Shown here piece after piece: positions 38,700-48,389 of a stretch of DNA of 64,000 bases. The translations under genes and the position numbers were made by a program. The stretch comes from Marsupella aquatica (Eukaryota > Plantae > Marchantiophyta): the NCBI GenBank assembly GCA_973895155.1, contig OZ316895.1, positions 19,022,508 through 19,086,507 of the forward strand. The letters are read 5' to 3'. The stretch's first letter is position 1. Each line of letters starts with the position of its first letter. The notes under the pieces were generated by a model that did no database searches, had not been told where the DNA came from, and saw nothing but the letters and a program-made list of their open reading frames with translations.

Positions 38700-40646
38700 T
38701 TGGGCCACGGTTTGTCCCTTGTCAGGGTGAGACCTCGAGCCACCTTGATCAGAGGTGGGCCCAGGTCTTGCCCGCTGGAGGACGAGTAGAGTAACGTGGT
38801 CTTGCAAGGCCTTGTTATCTCGTACCGCCTCCTCTACCTCGTTTGCCGCCTCATCGGCCTTTGCTTGGAGCCGTGCTACCTCCAGGTTGAGCTGGTTAAT
38901 GGAGTCACGATGGGCTCGGTTGAAAGTATGCCGAGACTTGTTGTCCGATGTACGTCGCCAGCTCCCCTAACAGAGTCTGACTAAACTTTTGGACCAAGTC
39001 GTAGGCCATGGTCCCCAGGGCTACTTGGTAGTCCTCCATCCTCTCGGGTACTAGCGGTTCCTCGGGCGGGGCGGCGAGCTCCTCCGTAGTCTGCAATGGG
39101 GAGGGGAAGGTTTCTTCACGTGGTGGAGGGATTGGAGGTGGTTGTACCGGGGGTAGCGGAGGCTCGACGGAAGGGGCCGGAGGAATTTCAACTTGGGGAG
39201 GTGATGGAGTATTAGTCGGGCCTCCGGTTCGGGGTTTGCCCGAGGCGCAGTAGTCCGCTCGCTCGGGGTAGTCTCCTCCATAGCGGGGGTGACATTAATC
39301 GGGGCTGAGGTGGCCATATTCTTTCCCCTGGCCTCCCGCCATGCCTTGTACCAAGCGAGGATGATGGCGATATGACTTCCCAGGTAAGTCTTCCCCCCGA
39401 TAGCCATATCTCCCTGAGCCCGCTTAAGCTCCCCCGAGAACCTTCGGTAAAAGAATTGGGCCCTGTTCCACCGTTTGTACTGTTCCACCTGTACGATCGT
39501 ACAGAGGGAGATCTCGGATCATGGCTCAATCATGTGTAGGGTAGTCCGTATGAAGTTAAGCCGTTCCATACAGATTAAGTTGGTGCACGACCCCTGCTTG
39601 TCTCCGTTGTCTGTCTTACCCTCAGGTTTGAAGTGTCGAGGTGTATACTCCTTATCCCAAATTTGGAGTTCAACCGACATTGGCCCGGTTGGCAGGCAGA
39701 AGATCTGGGCTAGCCGATGCTCCGTGAGTGATAAGGTCTGTCCTGAAACCTTGGTGGTCAATGCGTCAGTGTCAAAATTGGAGATAAACTCACAAATCTC
39801 CTTTGGTCCGGCAACGCACTGTGTCCATAGCAAGTGAGCGAACTGCTCCAACTTATGCTCCTTGAGATAGTCCGCATGCTCGAGTTTCTTGATCGCGATC
39901 CAGACTACCTCGGGGACACGGATTACCTGTAATAAGTTAGACTTTGGATTATCCGCGGGCCGTCGGGTCTGGTTGGTCAGGGGGTTTTTCGGGGCAGGTG
40001 CAGGGGTGGCGTTGGTTTGCGTTATTGGTTTGGGGGCCGACGTCGTCCTTGATCGCCTCCGAGAATGCTGCTCAAGCTACGGACTAACATGCTCAGAACC
40101 CGAGGAACACTCGGTGTTGTTCATGGGACAAACTTGGGACCGGTTTGGTGGCACGTCGGTGGTCATCGGCTGAGGGGCTGGGGGTGGTGTCAGGGTAGCC
40201 ATATCCCAGTTGAAGGCGTTGGAGCTTTCCCCGAGGAACGTAAGGTTACGCGCCGCTTCCCATTGTCTGCTGATGTCTTCTTCACGCTTCTCGGCTGCAA
40301 TCTGCTGGTCGATGTATCCCGAAATCTTGTCGAACTCCATTGGAGTCAGTCGCTAGCTGCCCCTCAGCCTAAAGAACTTTGCGGGAACTTCAAGAATTGC
40401 CTCTGCCATCGATCTGAACCCTTCCTCGCTGATATATAGCTCGGTGATGTAATCCCGTAGCTCATTGTAATTAGAATCCTTGGTGATGGCCGTCTTCTCA
40501 CAGTTAACCTGTGCTACTTTGGCCACCAGCTTTGCGTATCTTCGTTCGTAAGTGGCTTTATCGGGGCAAGAGTACCAGTAAGTCTTGAAGAACTTAGCAC
40601 CAACCTCGCCAAACAAGGTCCAAAATCCCAAGGCTGGAAGGGTCAT
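38700..40646 (-). pseudogene. X ORF, fragmented, distantly homologous to the Y ORF
   Basis: EQFAHLLWTQCVAGPKEICEFISNFD...SLTEHRLAQIFCLPTG aligns by eye to Y LEAFVRLPWLKPEVPESDLLEFVGSWE...YLTPKVIAEVFGLPMG; KTYLGSHIAIIL aligns to VSRLGYHMPLL. Confidence 0.7.
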
Positions 40647-41187
40647 ACTAACCTTTGTAGTCTGGTTTGTCGAGTCCGCATTCCCGCCCGGCCGGTCCGC
40701 TTGCTGGTGGAGGCCTTACTCGCCCAAATCTCGCCACAATCCGCTCTTATCCCTCGATAATCTCATAAAGGTCAACTTGATTAGCAAAAGGTGAGAGTGA
40801 ATGGCAGCGTCTGCAAATTCCAAAAGGTAGGAATGAGCAAATGGCCCACAACGCCATCGACTCCGGTCTTATGGAGGTGCTAGGGTAAGCTCGAGCGTGA
40901 GACGGCAAGGCCGTTTTGGTCATTGATAATGAGCTGAAGTCGGCGTCTCGGTCCAAGTGTGATCTCCCAATGGATTTTTACTCCGCCGCCGCCACCGTAC
41001 CTCGGTCGAGCGTAATAATCCTCTTCCTTAATTTGTAATCATTTGGTCAACTAACCTACTCCTAATCTATTTATAATGGCAAAGACGGTTATTCATGCTA
41101 TTCTACGCTACGGCTACGGTCCTAATGACTGTATAAATCCTAATCTATGACCTGTGTTTGGTTAAGTGACACGTTTCTCGTGTCACA

Positions 41188-41244
41188 CTTTGGTTCCGCA
41201 CCTGAAGCATTTGGTGGGCTTGTTATTCTCTCGGTTCCAATTGT
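41188..41244 (-). pseudogene. gag: Element A Gag segment between X and Y3
   Basis: Translates NWNRENNKPTKCFRCGTK (first half of the CCHC knuckle). Confidence 0.88.
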
Positions 41245-44200
41245 TGTGGTGCATCCCATGGCTCCCTGAACCCAAGAAACCCCCCTGCACAAGCCGATTC
41301 CCGCAGGTTTCGCGGCTTAGCGGCATGGGACGCTGCTAACTTTGACTAACATTTTACACACATATACTAGACAGATCCTTCATCGGGTCATGAGATGTGA
41401 AGCCGGCCTCTTCTATGCCTTCCATTGTCCTCCTCTCCTGGTCTCCCTTTAGGTATGTTTGGATTCCGCCGCCGGAATGATCCCCAACTGGCTTGGGTAA
41501 GCCGCTAAGACCTCTCTCAGCTTGACACATCCAACTCTTACTACCTTGCTTACTCCCTTCTTGGTTGATGTGGGCAATCTTCAAACAAGTTAATGCGACA
41601 CACAAATAGCAAAATGACTCCTTCTGACTGAGTTATACCATGCACTTGCCATACAAACAGTACTTCTCATACACAAGATCTGCGAACTAAGCCGTGAGGC
41701 CAACTCTATTCATCTCTTAGGTATGAGGAAACATGAATATACACACGGGTCACAGCATAACTAACCGAGAGCTTCTTTAACTACTTGATCCCAGCCCTGC
41801 TGGTGCACTAAAAACTTGCTAAGGAAGAAGGCCCTGAACCCCCCCGCTGCCCAGGTACTTATCCTGGGAGTGGATCCGCCCAATTCCTTGCAGCATAAGC
41901 CTAATCTAACCTGACCGTAATCTACCTATGTACAGCGAGGTAGGAGCACAAGTGTTACTCTTACCAGTGGATCCGCAATCCCACTAAGCTAAGTGTCAGG
42001 GCCGCCTCCTGGTCCTGATCCTAATTCTAAACTTGGAGATCTGAGCCCGCCCTGCCCACTCACGCCTCCTCCCTCGAAGTCCGCCCTCCTTAAAAGGAGC
42101 AGCCCTCCACCACCGTCATGGTAGTGGTGGCTGATCCTCAATGGACGCCCCCAACACTTCCTCTATAGCCACTGCCGTAGGTCCATCCTCTGACAAATTA
42201 CCTGCTCCGGACCGAGTCAACTCTCCATTGGCTTGACTGGGTCCAACCTCAGCTTTGGCCTCAGCATCGGCCATGGCCTTCGATATGGTTACGACTTCCC
42301 CGACCTGTTCTAGTGGTGGATTCGGTACACCGGCTTCATCACTAAGCATTCCGGCTTTGCCCTTGCCATCTCCGCCTTGTAGGACAGTTGGATCCTCTAT
42401 CGTGACCCTGCCTGAGGTTGGTGTCGGGTTTACCTCCTTGGTCACGATGGCTTGAGAAGCCATGTTACTCCCCATCCCAAAAGGTTTTCGCTTTTTCTTC
42501 TTCCTTATTTTGGCAGCTGGCCCCTTCCCCTTGCCACTTATCTTCGGCACCGGTGCGAGTGTCTCGGCTTGTCCTTCGGCCAGTACTACTCCTGGAAACT
42601 TGGTTGCCCCTATTGGAGGTGGACTTGAGGAAGCCAAGCACTTAAATACTGCGGCCTATTTTTTCAGCCGCTCCGTTTGGTTGTCGGCTCGCCGTTGTAA
42701 GTTCTCCATCTTCCTCGTGCTTTCCTTCAACTCCTCCTGCAATTCGTCCAGGTCCTTGCGCGCCTCCTCCTGCTCCTTCTGGGCTAGCTTCCTCCAACTC
42801 TCTCTGGGCTTCCTCAAGGTTCTTTTTTAAGGTAGCCCTCTCTTCTTGGGTTGCTCTTAGCTCCTTGTCGAGCTCCGTTACGACCTCAAACTCCATTTTA
42901 TTCATCTTGGCATAAGTCTGGTCGAGCTGGTCGTCTTTCTCACGGTGGTCGGCCTTGAAGCTGGCCGTCATGGATGCGAGCTCCTGTCGTAGCACAATGA
43001 TCGCCTGATAGGATTTTCCTAACTCGGCCTCCTTTTGCTCAAGGGCTCCGCGGATATCCTCGAGCTCCCCCTGCAACGCCCTCTCCCTTCTCTGGGTCTC
43101 CGCCATGGCCCGGTTGTTGGCTGCTATGTGGGCCTCCTCTGCATCTCTCAGCTCTCGCTTCCACTTCTCCTTCTCCTTGATCGCATTGGCCAACTCTCCT
43201 TGGGTCCGAGTCAGTTTATCCTTGATAATCTGATTATCAGACTGCGTGGTATCCAATTGCCCTTGCATGATGTTTAGCTCATGCCGCTTAATCCGCAGCT
43301 CATCTTGGGCTTTCTTGGCCGCCTTCAGGTCTTCTACCTTGGCTTCCCTTGCCCTAAGCCAATGGATGACCTCGTCCTTCTTGCTTCTCTCCAAAGCCAC
43401 CGCTTCTTCTAATCGGCGCTTCTCCAACATCTCCCTCTGGAAAAAGGGTCCCTGCTCCAACTCCTCTCCAAAGATGCTGAGCGCAAGTTCCCCACACATC
43501 TCCCCGTACTCCATGGCTCTTTCTTTAGCATAGGCGGAGTGAGTAGAAGTCATCGGCATCACCCATTGCGGCCTTTGTTCCCAAGCCGCCTTGCGGATTT
43601 CTTCTATCGTGGCTGGAGGGCTGCTTCGTTTTTCTGCAAGCCACCTGATGTGCTCTAGCCATTCTCCCCCTGGTAAATCTTTCTCCCTAGCCAGGGCTGC
43701 CTTCTCTTCCTCCCTGAGTCGCTCCTGAAACTCTTGTGCCATCTGTTTTATGCCGTCAAAGCTCGGGGGAGTGATATCTGGTGGGGGAGACTCGGGGCTG
43801 CTCTGCTGGGTGGAGTCCCCTCGAACTACTCTTGGAAGAGTGGGGATGAACCTGCCACAGGTCCTTACTCCTGGAACATGATGGTCCAACCCGTAGCCGG
43901 AGTCATCATGTTCGTAGCCTTCTACCACCTCCTCTACGGCTTGGACTACCTGCTCCCCCCGTTGCTCTCTTGGTTTTGCCGTGAACACGGCCTCACAGAT
44001 CACGGGTCCTGGTCCCTCTGGCTTCCACGTTGATCTCTTCTTCTCTCTGTCGCGACCAGGCTCTTCAGGCTGCTTTTCCTCGGCTTCGGGACTTGAGGCT
44101 CCTACATACATTCGGACTCCTGGCTCGTGCTCCGGCCTCCTTCTCTCCTTGATCCTGGTAAAGGGGTTTTCCCTGCTAAGTTGGCTTAGACCAACTTTGG

Positions 44201-45951
44201 GAGCAGTATTCTGTACCGGTCCCGTTGCCGTTGTCGTTCTCCTTTCCTTCTCCAGCAATTTCAGCAGATTCTGCATGCCTAGTTGCTGCATCGGCAAGTG
44301 CTCCTTCCTTGACCTAAACACCTGCTCAATTGTAGGGCTGTCGGGCTGGGTTGGTTTCTCTGTTGCCGGCCTCGGTTCCGGAACCTCCTCTGGTGCTCTT
44401 GCCTGCAGGGGAAGTACCGGGGCAAATATCTGACTTTGGGCATATTGGCACAACAGCGGCATATGATAGCCAATTCGGGACACGCTTCCCTTGCCGATTA
44501 CCTGCTGTTCCTCCTTCAAGATTTTCTTCAATTGGGTGAGGAGGTATCCGTTGTAGTCCCGGCTGGGTTCTGGCCTCTCCGCCAGGTAAACTTGTGCCTT
44601 GCCGATCTTTGGCCTCGGCAAGTTGCAGTGCATGGTTACCCACAAGAAATCGATTATCTCTCCTATGTGCGGGTTGGTGCAGGTGGTCCGAAAGAAGCCA
44701 TTCTTCGTTGATGGCCCAGGGAACGATTGGAACTCCTTGTCTGGCAAGGTCTTCCGGGTATCTACTTTGGTCTTATTGCCCGTCGGCAAGCCAAACACTT
44801 CGGCAATCACTCGGGGAGTGAGATAGAATTCTTTCCCATACACCCTTGTGGAATTGGTCTCGGGCTCCCAAGATCCCACGAATTCTAATAAGTCTGAATC
44901 CGGCACCTCCGGCTTCAGCCATGGTAACTTTACAAAGGCTTCCAAGCCAGATCCGGCCATGAAGCCCTGGTACTTCCGAGTTTGCATAGCTGTAAAGCAT
45001 GCATCCTCTTTGCGTGCAAAGTGTAATTGCTTTTCCTCGGGGAGGGTCGCCGCCCAACCTTTCCAGGTGTCATCCCTTGTTGGAACGACATTGATGGGGT
45101 CGACCTCCTCTTCTTCGGCTTCTTCCTGCCTCCTGCTCCCTTGCTTGGCTGGCTTCCTTGGTGCCGCCGACCTCGTTCTCTTCGCAGGGGTGGTCTCTTC
45201 ATTGATGTTCCCTTTCCTCTTCATAGCGGCTGCCGTGGATGTTTCTCCTAGCACGGTTGCCTTCGTCCACCCCTCTGTGCTACCCTTCAACTCCCAATGT
45301 ATGTCGTTGTAGCGGTTCATGGCCTCCCGGATGCCGACTATTCTGTTCTCACAAAACAGATCGTCGAGTTCGTCGACAGTAGGCGTCCACAAGAATTCAA
45401 CCGTAATGAGTTCTCCTCCTAAGAAGGCAGACTTCTGTAGCTCCCACAGTCGAGCGAGCTCCTGCCGTTCTCGAACGGCTCTCTTCGATTCTTCGTCCTC
45501 GTAGGTCCCAATGTACTTAGTTGCCCGTTCTAACAGGCATCCCCAAAAATGAGCAGCTTGATTGACATTGCTCATACCCTTCTTGCGTTGATTGTCGGTA
45601 TGTGCTTCCAGCCCGAGTGCTTGCCTGAGCAGCGAACAGTAGTTGGCCTCCCGTAGTCGTCTGCTTAGTTCGTGCTTGCAAATGAGCCGCCATTCCTTGC
45701 GTTCGATCCTTACCCCTCCCTGACTGGTCTTCCTTCCCGTTAGTTACCTATAGCCGCTGGCACTTAGCGCGCCCTAACCCTAATTGTGTTCCCTCCCCTG
45801 GCATTTTTACTTCCGGCCTCGGCTCGGGTTTCATAGCCACCCTTAATTGTTTATATTTTCCATATTTTTGCTACTACACTAATGTGTTTCTAGGGTTTAC
45901 TCCTTATTTTATCATTTAAACTGGCCTAGTGATTCCTGGCTAGGCATCACA
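41245..45951 (-). mobile_element. Element Y3 (4707 bp, most complete copy), inserted in A gag
   Basis: Ends TGTGGTGC...GCATCACA; TSD ATTGT (41240-41244, 45952-45956). Confidence 0.93.
42116..45575 (-). CDS. Y3 large ORF (977 aa open; frameshift near 42790 separates the C-terminal ~200 aa); possible upstream start at 45834
   Basis: ORFs 42642..45575 and 42116..42637; no RT, integrase, protease or Gag motifs seen. Confidence 0.8.
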
Positions 45952-46793
45952 ATTGTAATATCCCCTGGCGCGGCGTCCCCCGCGGCCTCATCCTCTGAAT
46001 CCGCCTCCTCTTCCTCTGTATCCACCTCCTTTGTTAATATTGCCGAATGTTTGGCCTTCTCTATCGGGTTGGCCGTTGCCTCTACCGCCTTGTTGATTTC
46101 TGCCCCTACTAGGGGTTCTGCCTCTTCTCCCCCTGAAGTTTTCATTGCCTCTCCCTCTGGGTCTGTCAATCTAGCGGTTGAATTTGGCTTCTGGTCTCGG
46201 CGGGGGTGCAGCGGCCCCTGGTGGGCAAGATTTGGCATTCTCCAGGAGGAGTAATTGGTGCTTTTTGGCGAGGAGCATATATGCAATCAGTTCGGAATAT
46301 TTAGTGAAGCCCATGTATTTTTGTACTATGATGCTAGGAGTAGGTTGCCTGCGTTGAATGTTGAAAGGGTGCACTCGATCATTTTGTCGTCGCTGATGGG
46401 GTGGCCACAGACTGCCAGTTGTGAGGTGATCCGGAAGAGTTCGCCGTTGTAGCTCGCGATTGAGGTGTGGTCTTGGACCCTCAGGTTGATCCAGTCATGG
46501 CGGGCCGCTGGCAAGGAGACGAGCCGCATGTGGTTGAACCGTAACTTCAAATCTTCCCAGAGTATTCTAGGATTATATTGGTTGAGATATTGGGTCTTGA
46601 GTGGCTCGGCCAAGTGATGTCGTATGAAAATTAGCGCTTTGGCCTTCTATTGTAGGGTGAGGCCTGCATCAGTTAGGATTGCGTCTTGCAAATCTTTGGA
46701 TGTAGGATACGCCTCAATGTCAAGTGACCATGTTAAGTAGTTGGCATTGTCTATGGCTAGTGCCTTGAGTTGCAGTTTTTCAATCGCATTCAT
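45952..46793 (-). pseudogene. gag: Element A gag 5' part
   Basis: MNAIEKLQLKALAIDNANYLTWSLDIE...LWEDLKLRFNH...WINLRVQD...RG-rich linker. Confidence 0.9.
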
Positions 46794-47345
46794 GTTTGTA
46801 TTAGTGTATGTGTTCCGCCGGAGTGGCTTTATCTGTAATGTGATTAGGCCGAGGAGTTCTTTCGGTGATCGGAAGTATCTCAATAAATGGAAATTGTTTA
46901 AGTCTTCATCGGTGTATCTTGTTCAAAATTGTGCAATCTTGGAAGATAAGGTGGGAACTTCTCTGATATTAGTCCGTGTGCGACCATTCTTGATGTTCCG
47001 TTTGCCTTGTGTCGACCTTCCTCGTGCCTGCTCTGGTATTTTACTCAGATGGATTCTTTGCGGGCCGTCATCTCCAGATTTTAAGTAATCTGGTAGATAG
47101 ATTTGGTCTTCCTTAGGTATTGAGTTCTGTTCGGGGAGAAGGGATCGATGTAAGGGTGAAGCTTGAATGGGGAAAAGAAAAAAAAGGTCTGATGATGGAT
47201 GGCCAAGTGAGAAGAGCGATGAAATCCCCCAAAAAATTGAACTTTTGGGTGTATGCGTCTTCCCTTAACTAAGGTGAATTTTTCATCTGCCAAACAAAAT
47301 TTGCTCGAGCTAATAAGGAGAAAAAAAGTTCGCTCAGATCAAGAG

Positions 47346-47359
47346 TCGTGCTGATAACG
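47346..47359 (-). promoter_or_regulatory. Element A primer-binding site for a 5'-half tRNA-Ile
   Basis: Plus strand TCGTGCTGATAACG abuts the LTR and matches the anticodon arm of plant cytosolic tRNA-Ile(AAU) as I recall it (TCGTGCTAATAACG), with A34 read as G. Confidence 0.8.
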
Positions 47360-47528
47360 TATTCAGGGACATAGACATCATGCGCCAACAAACTCACTTC
47401 CTTCTATTACCTTTGGGAGTATGAGGGCTCCCCATATAGTACATAGCGTGGCGGTTATGTAACCATCTCTTGTCCCTATTCACTAGGGTAAGTCTAGTCT
47501 ACCAGGGTTAGGCTTATCACTTGTAATA
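47360..47528 (-). repeat. Element A 5' LTR (169 bp, TA...TA)
   Basis: Near-identical to 13373-13544; followed by TSD GTTAG. Confidence 0.95.
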
Positions 47529-47690
47529 GTTAGGTTTTGGTTAATTTTTGGTGGTAGGCTTTAAGTATTTAGCAAGGAATGAGCGAGAGGCTAAGTGTCA
47601 CTTTTTGCATAGGAAATCTGGCTGAGCCATACTCTCTTTAAGACTGCCAGTAGTTTTGTAGAAGTGTTCCCTACTCGACCTTGAGTAGTC

Positions 47691-48000
47691 TTTCTTTTTT
47701 TTATATGAAATTTTCATTTATTCCACATGAACGCCACGGATGGGGAGACAAGCAGGCCAGACGTATCAGCCAAAAGGCAAAGAGGGGGAGTGGTCTGGGT
47801 TAGGGTAAAGAATCAGCCACTGAAACCTTTGCCTCTAAACAGTTAGTAACCAAATCCGCTTCCAAAAATAACACAACCTGGAGCCATCACACTATTTGGA
47901 ACAAATCAAAGTAAAGGAAAAACCAATCAAACTAGTGTGTTTGCTACAGCCAGATCCTGTCGTGATGTCTAACTATCTGAGGAGAGTATGGTGCACTTGA
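47691..48000 (-). mobile_element. Short LINE 3'-end fragment
   Basis: T-run followed by TTTATTCC...CGCCACGGATGGGG, matching the 3' end of the LINE at 50741. Confidence 0.45.
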
Positions 48001-48389
48001 AGTTATTCTCAGATTGATTCTAATCACCTAACACTACTTTGGATGATCACAACTTGTTGGAAACAAACCAAATGCTAGATCATGAGTAGTTTTTGATTCA
48101 GGAAGTAAAGGAATTATTGTTTATGCAACACTAGTACAACGAGCAAGACCTTGTATGTATTTGAGGAGTGAGTGATTTGAGGAGTGAGTGAAAACCATAG
48201 ACATTGAATGATAATGAAATTGAATGTAAGAACAAAGAATGAAAAATTGAGCAATGAGATTGAGAATTCTATGATAGAAAGGAAAGATTGAGCAATGAGA
48301 TTGAGAATTATGTGATAGAAAGGAAAGATTGAGTGAGACAATTTGATATAAATGCAAGGCATGGGAAGAGAATTCCTGGGAAAATATTT

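Larger units (their letters stand above)
33668..41187 (-). mobile_element. Element X (3491 bp without Y2): divergent relative of Y, inserted inside the Gag zinc knuckle of A
   Basis: Ends TGTCGCGCCCC...CGTGTCACA; TSD CCTTG/CTTTG (33663-33667, 41188-41192); removing it restores CFRCGTKGHLQRDC. Confidence 0.88.
13373..47528 (-). mobile_element. Element A: Bianca-lineage Ty1/Copia LTR retrotransposon (~5.9 kb without its nested insertions)
   Basis: LTR pair 13373-13544 and 47360-47528; TSD GTTAG (13368-13372, 47529-47533); half-tRNA-type PBS; PPT; Bianca-like Gag (LAIDNANYLTWSLD...KAKALIFIRHHL...GFTKYSELI). Confidence 0.93.

Noticed and set aside
43035-45504. Numerous antisense and alternate-frame ORFs over Y and the retroelements
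   Set aside because: Shadow ORFs of GC-rich coding sequence with no independent motifs.
48246-48335. 41-bp direct repeat
   Set aside because: Simple local duplication in AT-rich spacer with no associated structure.
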